Source: an uncultured archaeon (GTDB lineage Archaea > Altiarchaeota > Altiarchaeia > IMC4 > QMZM01). From it: DNA of 64,000 bases. Positions 38,300 to 48,638 of this stretch are shown one piece after another. The notes under the pieces were generated by a model. That model saw nothing but the letters and a program-made list of their open reading frames with translations. It made no database searches and was not told the DNA's origin. Within the stretch, counting starts at the first letter, position 1. The number at the start of each line of letters is the position of its first letter. Location: contig CAZJVE010000002.1 in the NCBI GenBank assembly GCA_964549685.1, positions 82,859 through 146,858 on the forward strand, in the 5' to 3' direction. Made by a program: the position numbers and the translations under genes.

Positions 38300-38584
38300 T
38301 CAGATGTCAGACCTTGCGGGCGCCTTCAGCCCGAACCTGTGGCCGCACCTGGGACAGGTCGTATGACTTCCCTTAGCATCGTTGTCAACCACTCCAAGGA
38401 GCCGCAGAGACTCCGTCCTCCTGTTCCTCGCCTCATCTATGATGTCCGCCATCAGCCTGTAGCGCGCGGGCATATGGGCGCGAATATCCCTCCTGGTTTC
38501 AGGAGTGAGGTTGAGGCGCTTCTTTTTCCTTCCCTTTCTCGGAAGTGCTTTGAGGCTCGACCTGTGCAGAGCTTTTACGGCCAT
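38300..38584 (-). CDS. Hypothetical basic protein with C-terminal CxxC
   Basis: 94 aa; TCPRCGHRF; fills the intergenic gap. Confidence 0.55.
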   Translation of the reverse strand: MAVKALHRSSLKALPRKGRKKKRLNLTPETRRDIRAHMPARYRLMADIIDEARNRRTESLRLLGVVDNDAKGSHTTCPRCGHRFGLKAPARSDI

Positions 38585-38623
38585 TTTCGGATTATATTAT
38601 TTGCTAAGAACTATAAAAGGAGT

Positions 38624-39433
38624 TTATTTCAGGCCGAGAACGTCGGCCATGGAGAAGATTCCCTTCTTTCCGCTGATGAATTGAACTGCCCTGATGACGC
38701 CGCTGGAGAACGCTCCTCTGGAATGCGCCCTGTGCGTAATTTCCACTCTCTCGCCCAGCGTGCCGAACAGGACCGTATGCTCGCCGACAATGTCCCCCGC
38801 CCTTATCGCATGGATTCCGATTTCTCCGGGCTGTCTTTCCTTGATTCCCTCTCTTCCGTAGACTGCTGAGTCGGAAAGCTTTTCGTTCAGCTCATCGGCT
38901 ATGACCTCAGCGGTCTTCTTTGCAGTCCCTGACGGGGCGTCCTTCTTGAACCTGTGATGTGCCTCGGTAATCTCGATGTCGTAGTCCTTCAGGAGTCCCG
39001 TGGCGTTCCTGACCATCTCCCAGAATACGTTGACTCCGACGCTCATGTTCGGGGAGATGACCGCGCCGATTCCCGCGCCTTCGATATTCTTCTTTAACTC
39101 CCCCGTCTGCTCATCGGAAAGTCCCGTAGTTCCGATGACCATATCAATCTTGTTCTCACAAACGATTGCGGAATTCTTTACGCATGCCCCGGGGCCTGAA
39201 AAGTCCACCACGACGTCGGGCTTTGCCCGGTCGAGGATGTCCATAAGGTTTCCTGCCCCGGCAACGGTTACGCCAAGGGCTGGAATTCCCGCGAGAGCGC
39301 CGGCATCTTGGCCCACAGCAGGGCTGTCGTCGCTGTCTATTGCAGCAACAACCTGCATGCCTTCGGCTGCAGCATTCCGAACTATCTCCCTGCCCATCCT
39401 GCCCATGCCGAGCATTGCGATTTTCGTTGCCAT
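38624..39433 (-). CDS. dapB: 4-hydroxy-tetrahydrodipicolinate reductase
   Basis: GRMG, GTTG, PNMSVG, EAHHRFKKDAPSGTA. Confidence 0.95.
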   Translation of the reverse strand: MATKIAMLGMGRMGREIVRNAAAEGMQVVAAIDSDDSPAVGQDAGALAGIPALGVTVAGAGNLMDILDRAKPDVVVDFSGPGACVKNSAIVCENKIDMVIGTTGLSDEQTGELKKNIEGAGIGAVISPNMSVGVNVFWEMVRNATGLLKDYDIEITEAHHRFKKDAPSGTAKKTAEVIADELNEKLSDSAVYGREGIKERQPGEIGIHAIRAGDIVGEHTVLFGTLGERVEITHRAHSRGAFSSGVIRAVQFISGKKGIFSMADVLGLK

Positions 39434-39489
39434 CTCTACCTATAATATTGAATTGAGAGATATATTAATCCAGATTTTCATATTATTAC

Positions 39490-39873
39490 ATGGCTGATGT
39501 CCTGATAATTGCTGGAAGCGAGTCTGACAAGGAGATTGTGAAGAAGGCAGAGGACGTGCTGAAGGAGAACAAGGTTTCTTACGACATCGAATACTGCTCC
39601 GCGCACCGGGAGCCGGACAGGCTCAAGGAGATTGTTGGAAAAGCCGATGCGAAGGTATTCATCTGCATTGCGGGTTTGTCAGCAGCTTTACCCGGAGTGG
39701 TTGCCTCCATAACAAAGAAGCCGGTCATCGGAGTTCCTGTTGCGGTGAAGCTTGATGGTCTTGATGCCCTGCTCAGCAGCATGCAAATGCCGAAGGGCGT
39801 TCCCGTAGCAACGGTGGGAATAGACAACGGCCAGAACGCTGCGTGGCTGGCTATTCGAATCCTGTCTCTCTGA
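39490..39873 (+). CDS. purE: N5-CAIR mutase / AIR carboxylase
   Basis: [37 protein letters not shown]. Confidence 0.93.
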   Translation: MADVLIIAGSESDKEIVKKAEDVLKENKVSYDIEYCSAHREPDRLKEIVGKADAKVFICIAGLSAALPGVVASITKKPVIGVPVAVKLDGLDALLSSMQMPKGVPVATVGIDNGQNAAWLAIRILSL

Positions 39874-40525
39874 TTAGGAGCTGGCCCCTCAGACCGTCCC
39901 ATATCTTTTCCGATTTCTTTATCTCTATCTTCTTCTTGAATATCGGGCCGTTGATGACGAAAGTTTCATACTCTCCACCCTCCCCGCCGACATCAATGCC
40001 GAATTTCCTGGAGAGCTTTTTTAATTCCTCCAGCGCCCCGGAATCCAATGTCCTGCCCAGCCAGCTGTCGTCAAGGCCATCGGCTGCGACCCCCACAATG
40101 ACCGTCTCGAATCCCGCATCTATAGCATCCGTGACCAGCTCCTCGTGATTATGCTGCCAGTAGGGGGCGACTGCCTCAAGACCAAGCTCCTCGCAGGCCT
40201 TTGAGACTATTCCATGCTGGTAGTTCGACCTTACTGCTCCTGCAACGACGCCCTCGACCCCGAATTCCCTCTTCATCTCCGCCAGTGAATTCGCCATGTC
40301 TACGTTCTCCTGCGGGGGCTTTCCGGAGGTCTTTCGCTGCACGATTGGAATTTCCATTGCTTCAGCCTGGACCTTCGTCAGCTCTATGTTGGGGTAATGG
40401 AACATGTAGCTGTCGTCCCTTTCAGGAAGCATTGTCAAGAGGACGGAGATTTCATGCTCCTCCATGGCCTTGTACATGGCCATGGTCGAGTCCTTCCCTC
40501 CCGAAAACAAGGAACAGAGCTTCAT
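39851..40525 (-). CDS. Diphthine--ammonia ligase (Dph6 family ATP pyrophosphatase)
   Basis: [23 protein letters not shown]. Confidence 0.88.
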   Translation of the reverse strand: MKLCSLFSGGKDSTMAMYKAMEEHEISVLLTMLPERDDSYMFHYPNIELTKVQAEAMEIPIVQRKTSGKPPQENVDMANSLAEMKREFGVEGVVAGAVRSNYQHGIVSKACEELGLEAVAPYWQHNHEELVTDAIDAGFETVIVGVAADGLDDSWLGRTLDSGALEELKKLSRKFGIDVGGEGGEYETFVINGPIFKKKIEIKKSEKIWDGLRGQLLIRETGFE

Positions 40526-40563
40526 TCTGTTTTAATCTTGGATTTCAATAGTTAATACTTTCG

Positions 40564-42930
40564 ATGGACAAGCGCTACAACCCGAAGGATATAGAGCCGA
40601 AGTGGCAGAAGAGCTGGAAGGGGAAGAAGGCACACAGGTTCAATCCCGGCTCTGAAAAGGACGTCTATTCCATAGACACCCCGCCGCCCTTCACCTCGGG
40701 AACGCTGCACATGGGCCACGTCTATAACCACGTCTGGATTGACCTCGTTGCCCGATACAAGAGAATGAGGGGCTTTGAGGTCTACCTGCCGCAGGGCTTC
40801 GACTGCCATGGGTTGCCGACAGAACTGAGAGTGGAGGAGGAGGTAGGGGTCAAGAAGGAGAGCAGGGAGGAATTCCTGAAGGCGTGCCAGGACTGGACAG
40901 AGACTGCGATAGAGAGGATGAGGAAGCAGTTCGATGATATCGGCTATTCCGCAGACTGGGATTACACCTACAAGACCATGGACGGCTCCTACAAGGCGCT
41001 GGTCCAGGGCACTCTGCTCGATTTCTATGAAAAGGGGCTGCTCTACAGGGAGAAGCACCCGGTTCTCTGGTGCCCGCAGTGCGAGACAGCACTGGCAAAG
41101 GCCGAGGTGGGGCACGTCGAGAGGGCCGGAAAATTCTATCACATAGACCTGGACTGCGAGGGGCATAAGCTTACAATAGCCACAACGAGACCGGAGATGA
41201 TGCCGGCCTGCGTTGCGGTATTCGTGCATCCGGAAGACAAGAGGTACAAGAAATTCGTTGGCAAGAAGGCGAAAATGCCAATATTCGGTCAGGAGGTGCC
41301 AATCCTGGAAGACGAAGCAGTCGACATGGAATTCGGAACCGGGGTTGTCTACCTTTGTACCTTTGGAGATGAGCAGGACATTGCGTGGCAGAAGAAGTAC
41401 AAGCTCCCGGTCATTGAGGCCCTCGACAAGAAGGGCAACATGACCGAGGTCGCAGGGAAGTATGCAGGCATGAGTTCAAAGGAGGCGCAGAAGAAGATTT
41501 CCGAGGACTTGGTTGAGTCCGGTCACATAAGAAAGATTGAAGACCTGACCCATGCCGTCCTGTCGCATACCGAAAGGAGCTCCTGCAAAACCCCTATCGA
41601 ACTGTTGCCATTAAAGCAGTGGTTCATCAAGGTCAAGGAATTCAACCAGGACATCATAAAGGCGGCGAAGGAGATGAACTGGTATCCTGGCTATATGTTA
41701 CAGCGCCTGATAGACTGGACCGAGTCCATGGACTGGGACTGGATAATCTCCAGGCAGAGGGTATTTGGCACTCCCATCCCGTTCTGGGTCTGCGACTGCG
41801 GGGAGATTGTCGCCGCTGAAAGGAAGAAGCTGCCGGTCGACCCCAGGGGGACAAAGAGGAAGTGCCCTGGCTGCGGCAAAGAGGCCGAAGGGGTCAGGGA
41901 CGTCTGCGACTGCTGGGTCGATTCGTCTGTAACTCCGTTAATAATCTCAAAGTGGGGCTCGGACGAGGAGTTCTTCAAGAAGACCTATCCATCTTCACTG
42001 AGGCCGCAGGGCTACGAGATTATAAGGACTTGGGCATTCTATACCATCTTCAGGGATTTGATGCTGACGGGGAAGCCGTGCTTCAAGGACCTCATGATAA
42101 ACGGTATGGTTGCAGGTCCTGATGGCAGGAAGATGTCCAAGTCCCTCGGCAACGTCATTGAGCCGGAGGAGCCGCTGGAGAAGTATTCTGCTGACACCAT
42201 AAGACAGTGGGCGGCCAACGGAACTCTTGGAGCGGACTATCCATTCTCCTGGGAGGAGTGCGAACACTCACAGAAGTTCATGACGAAGCTCTGGAACGTC
42301 AGCAGGTTCATAGGAATGCACCTCGAGGGCTACGACGGCAAGGAAGGCAAGATGAGAGACGTCGACCGCTGGCTGCTGACAAAGCTGCAGAAACTGGTTG
42401 AGGAATGCACGAAGAGCATGGATTCATACGTATTCAACATTCCCCTGGACAGGATAAGGAGCTTTATCTGGCACGATTTAGCCGATAATTACCTGGAGAT
42501 GGTGAAGCACCGCCTCTATAAACCAGAGATTTACGGGGAGGATTCAAGGAAGGGGGCACAGTATGCCCTGCATCTCACGCTGAGGACGGTTCTAAGTCTT
42601 CTTGCCCCGTTCACCCCCCATATCTGCGACGAGCTCTGGGAGGGCCTGCTGAAGGAGGGGGGTGCAACCTCCTCGCAGTGGCCGGAGGTTGATAAAAAGC
42701 TCGTTGACGAGGATGCCGAAAAAGCCGGAGAAATCCTCGTGGACATCGTAACAAGAATCCGCAAGCATAAATCAGATAATAATCTCTCTCTGGGCAGTGA
42801 ATTGGAAAGGGCCAAAATCCTCGCGCCGAAGGAGATGGGAGTTGAAAAAATCAAGGAAGATATCTCCGGAACTGGAAAGATAAAGGATATTGAGATTGCC
42901 GAAGGCCCCGAGCTGAAACTGGAGTTCTAA
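40564..42930 (+). CDS. valS: Valine--tRNA ligase
   Basis: DTPPPFTSGTLHMGH, DW.ISRQR, KMSKS. Confidence 0.95.
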   Translation: MDKRYNPKDIEPKWQKSWKGKKAHRFNPGSEKDVYSIDTPPPFTSGTLHMGHVYNHVWIDLVARYKRMRGFEVYLPQGFDCHGLPTELRVEEEVGVKKESREEFLKACQDWTETAIERMRKQFDDIGYSADWDYTYKTMDGSYKALVQGTLLDFYEKGLLYREKHPVLWCPQCETALAKAEVGHVERAGKFYHIDLDCEGHKLTIATTRPEMMPACVAVFVHPEDKRYKKFVGKKAKMPIFGQEVPILEDEAVDMEFGTGVVYLCTFGDEQDIAWQKKYKLPVIEALDKKGNMTEVAGKYAGMSSKEAQKKISEDLVESGHIRKIEDLTHAVLSHTERSSCKTPIELLPLKQWFIKVKEFNQDIIKAAKEMNWYPGYMLQRLIDWTESMDWDWIISRQRVFGTPIPFWVCDCGEIVAAERKKLPVDPRGTKRKCPGCGKEAEGVRDVCDCWVDSSVTPLIISKWGSDEEFFKKTYPSSLRPQGYEIIRTWAFYTIFRDLMLTGKPCFKDLMINGMVAGPDGRKMSKSLGNVIEPEEPLEKYSADTIRQWAANGTLGADYPFSWEECEHSQKFMTKLWNVSRFIGMHLEGYDGKEGKMRDVDRWLLTKLQKLVEECTKSMDSYVFNIPLDRIRSFIWHDLADNYLEMVKHRLYKPEIYGEDSRKGAQYALHLTLRTVLSLLAPFTPHICDELWEGLLKEGGATSSQWPEVDKKLVDEDAEKAGEILVDIVTRIRKHKSDNNLSLGSELERAKILAPKEMGVEKIKEDISGTGKIKDIEIAEGPELKLEF

Positions 42931-42931
42931 A

Positions 42932-43228
42932 ATGCCCAAGAAAAGATTTGGAAACCAGACCGCGGACCAGATACTGAAGCACCTGATAAACCTTCTTGAC
43001 CCGGCAGCAAAGTACACACTCTCCGTCGACCCGTTGAACGTTCACTTCACCATCAGGGAGGCCATCGGGAAGACGCCCCGCTCCGAGAAGAGGAATAGAT
43101 TGAGGGCAGCGCAGAGGAACCTCAGCAAGGGCAGGAAGAAGCACATGGCCACGAAGAAGACGACCCGGCCGAAGATAAGGACTGTGAAGAAGGGAAGAAC
43201 GGTGAACCTGAAGGGGCAGGTTTATTAA
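42932..43228 (+). CDS. Hypothetical basic protein
   Basis: 98-aa K/R-rich ORF starting 1 nt after the valS stop. Confidence 0.55.
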   Translation: MPKKRFGNQTADQILKHLINLLDPAAKYTLSVDPLNVHFTIREAIGKTPRSEKRNRLRAAQRNLSKGRKKHMATKKTTRPKIRTVKKGRTVNLKGQVY

Positions 43229-43240
43229 CTCCCCAAAGCC

Positions 43241-44122
43241 ATGTATAACGGGATGAAAAGACTGGTTTTGATGTTCCTGGTTATTCTACTCAGCGGATGC
43301 ATTGGGGTGAGGGACGAGACGCCGTCGGTTTTACAGAACACCAGCTCGACAAGAGCCAGGATTATGATTGACACGCTGGGAGAGTTCGAATTCAATCCCA
43401 ACGAGGTTGTTACAGTAAGGGAGGACATCTTTGTGGACGGACAATTCTCCATTTTTGACATTCTGGTTTACCTGGACAACGATGGTTCAATCGACATGGA
43501 GTATCGGTTCGATGAGGAGATTAACACGCACGTCGTAGAATCCATCAACGGTAAAGAGGGCTGGTGGTACATGGCCTATTATAGCGGCGGCTGGTCCGAG
43601 AACAATGTCTTCAGGATGGACCACTACCCCTACAAGGAGAGTACGTATATAAGGATTATCGAAGAGGACGCGGGAATGCTGGAGGAGATGTACGGCGTCT
43701 TCAGGGAGGAGATAGACAGAAAGGAGCAGAACAACGGCAAGGTGATAATCCCCAGAGTCATTATCGACGGGCCGAGAACCAACCTACGGCTGAATGATGT
43801 CGAGGTTACTGCGCATAATCTCAGAGATGACGTGTTCCAGCCCGGGACCATAACTGCAATCGATGTCATCATGTCCTTGGCCGAGCAGGGGAAACTCACA
43901 TATGACCTCCAATGGTACGATTCGATTGGCAGGGCAAGGGTCGTGAGGAGCTACTGGGTCAGCAGGATAGATAACGACGCAAGCCACGGCCGCTGCGGCT
44001 TCGTCTATGAGGCGGGTTCATCCACCTATAGCGGCTTCAGGGGGAACCACATACACATTCCTGCAGATACGAGAGTCATAAATTCGCCGGAATACGAGGA
44101 GTGGTTCTGGATTTGCTTATAG
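43241..44122 (+). CDS. Hypothetical lipoprotein with an internal two-fold repeat
   Basis: LLSGC lipobox; repeat V..REDIF..G.FSIFD / V..RDDVF..G.ITAID. Confidence 0.7.
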   Translation: MYNGMKRLVLMFLVILLSGCIGVRDETPSVLQNTSSTRARIMIDTLGEFEFNPNEVVTVREDIFVDGQFSIFDILVYLDNDGSIDMEYRFDEEINTHVVESINGKEGWWYMAYYSGGWSENNVFRMDHYPYKESTYIRIIEEDAGMLEEMYGVFREEIDRKEQNNGKVIIPRVIIDGPRTNLRLNDVEVTAHNLRDDVFQPGTITAIDVIMSLAEQGKLTYDLQWYDSIGRARVVRSYWVSRIDNDASHGRCGFVYEAGSSTYSGFRGNHIHIPADTRVINSPEYEEWFWICL

Positions 44123-44147
44123 TCTTTCAAGGATATAGGGTAGGGGG

Positions 44148-44813
44148 ATGGAAACAAAAATTGTATGTCTGGTGATGCTGACCTCATTCATTTTCATGTC
44201 TGGCTGCGTGTATCAGGACGAGAGCCAGTCGGTGAAAGAACTGCCGGAGGTGGGAGTCATGGAATACGAGGGTGAAAAGCTGTCGTCGGTAAACGACTTC
44301 AGGGAGAATTCAATACTTGGTCCGCAATATGTCGATGTCGAAACCTACAGGCTTGAGATTTCAGGCCTGGTGGAGAATCCGGAGGAGTACACCTACGAGG
44401 AAGTGCTGGACAGGCAGAAATACTCCAAGGTCGTAACGCTGCACTGTGTCGAGGGCTGGAGTGTGACGCTGCTGTGGGAGGGCGTCATGCTAAAGGACCT
44501 GTTGGAAGAGGCAGGAATAAAACCGGAGGCGAATACCATTATATTCTATGCCCATGACGGCTATTCGAGCTCGCTGCCCCTGGACTACATACTGGACAAT
44601 GACATTATCATGGCCCATAGGATGAACGATGCGCCCCTGCTGCCGGAGCGGGGTTTCCCGTTCCAGCTGGTCGCCGAGGAGAAATGGGGCTACAAGTGGG
44701 TCAAGTGGATAACAAAGATCGAGCTGTCAAACAGGGCGGATTACAAGGGTTACTGGGAGACCAGGGGCTACAACAATGACGGAGACCTCGACGGGCCGAA
44801 GCTTGAGAGGTAG
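44148..44813 (+). CDS. Molybdopterin-dependent oxidoreductase (sulfite oxidase/MsrP-like) lipoprotein
   Basis: MSGC lipobox; LHCVEGWS, GFPFQLV, GYKWVKWI..IEL, GYWE.RGY. Confidence 0.88.
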   Translation: METKIVCLVMLTSFIFMSGCVYQDESQSVKELPEVGVMEYEGEKLSSVNDFRENSILGPQYVDVETYRLEISGLVENPEEYTYEEVLDRQKYSKVVTLHCVEGWSVTLLWEGVMLKDLLEEAGIKPEANTIIFYAHDGYSSSLPLDYILDNDIIMAHRMNDAPLLPERGFPFQLVAEEKWGYKWVKWITKIELSNRADYKGYWETRGYNNDGDLDGPKLER

Positions 44814-44860
44814 CGAGGCACTATCTTTTATAAAGTAGGCACCATATTATATAGGTTGAA

Positions 44861-45388
44861 ATGAAAAGGTTCGCTTTATTTGCACTAATTGCGCTGGTTC
44901 TAATCAGTGGATGTACTCAGCAGCAGGAATCGCCGGAAACCACTATCATTGCAACGACCCTGCAGCAGGAGACGACTCTGGCGGAGGAGACGACCATTGC
45001 ACAGGAGACGACGGTTCAGGCAGAGGAGACGAGCACCGTGGGAGAGGTGACGACAACTTTGGAGGAGAGCAGCACCATCCAGCCAGAGGAAACGATTACC
45101 CTTGCAGAACCCACTGTTCGCGAATTCTCCATGACGGCCAAAAGATTCAGCTTCGACCCGGGCACGATAACAGTTAATCAGGGCGACATAGTCAGGATAA
45201 CGCTTACAACTACGGACGTAGCGCACGGATTGGGAATAAGGGAATACAACATCGATGAAGAAATCAACCCCGGCGAAGAAAAAATAATCGAGTTCACTGC
45301 AAACAAGAGGGGAACCTTCACTTTCTACTGCTCCGTTTTCTGCGGCGGCGGCCACCGGGGCATGACCGGCACGCTAATAGTGGAATAA
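44861..45388 (+). CDS. Lipoprotein cupredoxin with a CuA-type site
   Basis: LISGC; ETT-repeat stalk; DVAHG...YCSVFCGGGHRGM. Confidence 0.85.
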   Translation: MKRFALFALIALVLISGCTQQQESPETTIIATTLQQETTLAEETTIAQETTVQAEETSTVGEVTTTLEESSTIQPEETITLAEPTVREFSMTAKRFSFDPGTITVNQGDIVRITLTTTDVAHGLGIREYNIDEEINPGEEKIIEFTANKRGTFTFYCSVFCGGGHRGMTGTLIVE

Positions 45389-45391
45389 AAA

Positions 45392-45610
45392 ATGCTCGAG
45401 GAGATAAGCTATTACATGATATTGGGGATCCCCCTGATAGTTTACCTGGGGGTTCTTACCCTTATTTCCTTCATTGCCACGGCAGCAATCGCCATCATGA
45501 ACCAGAAGGGGAACACAAAAATTCCCCTGAAATGGCACTTCCACATGGCGAAAATCTCTATCCTTCTCGCATTAATCCACGGCTCGCTGGGGATAATGGC
45601 CTATCTTTAG
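45392..45610 (+). CDS. Small 2-TM protein with an H-x13-H motif
   Basis: WHFHMAKISILLALIHG. Confidence 0.65.
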   Translation: MLEEISYYMILGIPLIVYLGVLTLISFIATAAIAIMNQKGNTKIPLKWHFHMAKISILLALIHGSLGIMAYL

Positions 45611-45665
45611 GATAGTTTCTGCAATATCGCTATTTTTATAGGTTTATTCGGCTTATAATAGCCAT

Positions 45666-46223
45666 ATGGCTGCTTCTAAATCGAAAAGGAAGGCAAATAG
45701 GGCCAGTTCATTGGGTGGAAAGAAAATCAAGAGCTCCAGCTCGTTGGGTGGAAGTAAATCTAAATCATTGACCAAAAGGAAACCGAAAAAACCCACATCA
45801 CTGAGCGGAGCGAGAGCGAAGAAGCCTAAGACGCCGGAGATAAGCGGCGTGGGGATGCACGTCCTGCTGATGGCCTTTCTTTTCATGATTCTGGCGCTGC
45901 TAAACGCCTACTCCACCGAGAGCGCGGAGCCAGCTGTCGTCGGGAAGGTCACGGCGCCAGTATATACGACTACTACTAGTACATCGACTACTACCAGCAC
46001 ATCGACTATACCAACAACCACGACATCGACTATCCCCACAACCACCACAACCCTGTGCGGTGGAGAGTACCAGCCGCCCTGCGAGGACGGCTGCAATGTT
46101 GGTTTCACCATCGGTTCGACGGGCACCTGCCATCCCAAGGGACCGTGCGCGCCCTCCGTTTCAAGCGGTAGGGAAGGATGCGGCGCATTCGCGCTCAGCT
46201 TCTGCGCGGGCGGCAGGATATAA
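45666..46223 (+). CDS. Membrane-anchored hypothetical protein (basic N-tail, TM, Thr linker, Cys-rich tip)
   Basis: Segmented composition visible in the translation. Confidence 0.65.
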   Translation: MAASKSKRKANRASSLGGKKIKSSSSLGGSKSKSLTKRKPKKPTSLSGARAKKPKTPEISGVGMHVLLMAFLFMILALLNAYSTESAEPAVVGKVTAPVYTTTTSTSTTTSTSTIPTTTTSTIPTTTTTLCGGEYQPPCEDGCNVGFTIGSTGTCHPKGPCAPSVSSGREGCGAFALSFCAGGRI

Positions 46224-46246
46224 AGGTTTTTTCCTATTGATAAGGG

Positions 46247-47878
46247 ATGAACATACGGCTCCAGTTCGCGTCCCTTATAACGCTGGGAATTCTATCCGGA
46301 TTCGTCCTTGCGATAGTTCTCGCTGCTTCTTACTATGCGGGCTATGTCTCGTGGCCGCTGATGATAGGGCTTACGCTTATCTTCAATTTTGTCATGTGGC
46401 TTGTCGGGCCCTATATCTCCGACTTCATGTACAAATGGTTCTACAAGGTCGAGTTCTATGAGTATGAGCAGATTAAGGACAAGCCGTTCGCGCAGTTTGT
46501 AAAGAGGGTTTGTGATGAACATGGAATCAAGGTTCCCAAAATCGGCATAATCAAGGACCAGAACCCTACCGCTTTTACCTATGGTTCGGCAGCCTTCAAT
46601 GCCCGGATTGTCCTGACCGAGGGGCTGTTCAAGTTCCTGGATGACAGGGAGGTCGAGGCGGTGGTCGCACACGAGCTCGGGCACATAATCAACAAGGACT
46701 TCATCATTATGACCATAGCGGCGACTCTGCTGCAGATTCTCTACCAGCTGTACTTCGTCTTTACCAGGTCGAGGAGCAGGGGGAGCGACAACAAGAAGGG
46801 CGGCTACCTTGTAGCCATAGGAATCGCATCGTTAATACTCTACTGGGTAGGAACCTATGTCCTGCTATACCTGAGCAGGTTGCGGGAGTATTATGCCGAT
46901 GAATTCGCAGCAAAGAAAACAGGCGATGGAAACCTGCTTTCCTCTGCACTGATAAAGATTGCCTATGGGATTGCTGCTGTTCCCGATACCCAGAAGACCG
47001 CCCACCTCCTGAACGCTACAAGGGCACAGGGGATATTTGACTTCAAGAGCGCGAACGAATTCGGCCTTGTCCATGAGAATTCCAAGAACAACAGGGGCCT
47101 GCTGGAGAAGGCGCTCCTCTTCGACCTGGTCAATCCGTGGGCAAAGCTTCTGGAGCTGAAATCAACGCATCCGCTGGTTGGAAAGAGGGTGAGGCGGCTT
47201 TCTGCAATGGTCCAGAATCCTGCCTTTGACTTCGAGAGCCTGATGGACAGGAGCATAGACAAAGGGAGACTATGGGGTAACTTCTTCAAGGACGTTCTCG
47301 TTTCGTATTCGATACTCATTACAATTATTGTGTTTATTGGGCTTGCCGTAATGCAGTTCATGGCGGGAGTGAACCAATTCCTTCCGATGCTGGTCGCGTT
47401 CTTCTTTGCGATAATAATCCTTTCGATAGTCAAGGTCCGGTACAGGCTGCCGATGGGCAACTTTGCCGAAACCACTGTCATTGAGTGCATGGCGGACATC
47501 TATGCGTCCCCGGTCAGGGGCAAGCCCATCAGGCTGAGTGGCCAGGCGATAGGCCGGGGGCAGGCAGGCTACGTCTTCGGCGAAGACATGATGTACCAGG
47601 ACCGGACAGGAATAATCTATCTCAACTATGAGTCTGGAATCCCGTTCCTCGGGAACCTGTTCTTTGCATGGAAGAAGCTGGAGTCGTTGCTCATGAAGCC
47701 TTCAAGTGCGGAGGGGTGGTTTCTGAGGGGGGCCACGCACCACATAGAGCTGCACAAGTTCAAGGTCGGGGAGCAGATAATAAAGAGCTACGTGCGTTTC
47801 TGGATGGTCGTTGGAACAATCTTGACCATATTGCTTATAGGAGTTATACTATTCATCCTGGCGGGCATTTTTCTGTGA
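46247..47878 (+). CDS. htpX: HtpX-like M48 zinc metalloprotease with C-terminal extension
   Basis: PTAFTYG, AHELGH, SRLREYYAD, STHP. Confidence 0.88.
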   Translation: MNIRLQFASLITLGILSGFVLAIVLAASYYAGYVSWPLMIGLTLIFNFVMWLVGPYISDFMYKWFYKVEFYEYEQIKDKPFAQFVKRVCDEHGIKVPKIGIIKDQNPTAFTYGSAAFNARIVLTEGLFKFLDDREVEAVVAHELGHIINKDFIIMTIAATLLQILYQLYFVFTRSRSRGSDNKKGGYLVAIGIASLILYWVGTYVLLYLSRLREYYADEFAAKKTGDGNLLSSALIKIAYGIAAVPDTQKTAHLLNATRAQGIFDFKSANEFGLVHENSKNNRGLLEKALLFDLVNPWAKLLELKSTHPLVGKRVRRLSAMVQNPAFDFESLMDRSIDKGRLWGNFFKDVLVSYSILITIIVFIGLAVMQFMAGVNQFLPMLVAFFFAIIILSIVKVRYRLPMGNFAETTVIECMADIYASPVRGKPIRLSGQAIGRGQAGYVFGEDMMYQDRTGIIYLNYESGIPFLGNLFFAWKKLESLLMKPSSAEGWFLRGATHHIELHKFKVGEQIIKSYVRFWMVVGTILTILLIGVILFILAGIFL

Positions 47879-47921
47879 TTTTTATTTAAAAGCCTATACC
47901 TAATCGGTGAGGTGGTAAAAA

Positions 47922-48638
47922 ATGACTGATTCAAACGATAGGTGCCCCAGTGGCATCCACGGTCTTGACGAGTTGATTGAGGGCGGTTTCCCGCGAGGGA
48001 GAACCATTCTGGTTTCTGGCTCCTGCGGAACAGGAAAGAGCACGCTTGGGATTCAGTTTATCTATAATGGCATCGTAATGCACAACGAGCCCGGAATTAT
48101 TGTAACGATGGAGCAGACCGCCAAGGACCTCAAGAAGGACATGCTTAAGCTGGGTTTTGACCTCGGCGGGGAGGAGAAGAGCGGCAACTTGATTATAGTC
48201 GACAGAAAGAAGGCCATTCCTGAGATTCATGGTCTGACTGACATATTAGCGAGTTCTATGGAGCAGATGAAGGCCAAGAGAATGGTAATCGATAGCCTTG
48301 GAGCGATAGACTTCTTCATGGGCGAGGGGGATAAAATAAGGTCCGAGCTGCTTACCCTGAGCGAGAGGATAAAGGATGCAGGTCTTACAACCGTCCTTGT
48401 CTCAGAAAGGCCGGAGGGGGAGAGCGCCATAAGTGCCCATGGGATAGAGAGCTATATCCTGGACGGTGTGGTAATACTGACCATACACCCTGCCCTGGAT
48501 GCAAGGAAAATGGAGATAAGGAAGATGAGGGGAACGAACCATACCCTCAGGATGCTGGACTTTGGTTTCACAGAGAAGGGAATTGAGATACTCGGGGGCT
48601 CTGGTCCAGAAGAGGGCCACAGGAAGGTTATAATCTGA
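47922..48638 (+). CDS. KaiC/RAD55-family RecA-like ATPase (single domain)
   Basis: SGIHGLDELIEGG, GSCGTGKS, IDSL, KMRGT. Confidence 0.88.
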   Translation: MTDSNDRCPSGIHGLDELIEGGFPRGRTILVSGSCGTGKSTLGIQFIYNGIVMHNEPGIIVTMEQTAKDLKKDMLKLGFDLGGEEKSGNLIIVDRKKAIPEIHGLTDILASSMEQMKAKRMVIDSLGAIDFFMGEGDKIRSELLTLSERIKDAGLTTVLVSERPEGESAISAHGIESYILDGVVILTIHPALDARKMEIRKMRGTNHTLRMLDFGFTEKGIEILGGSGPEEGHRKVII

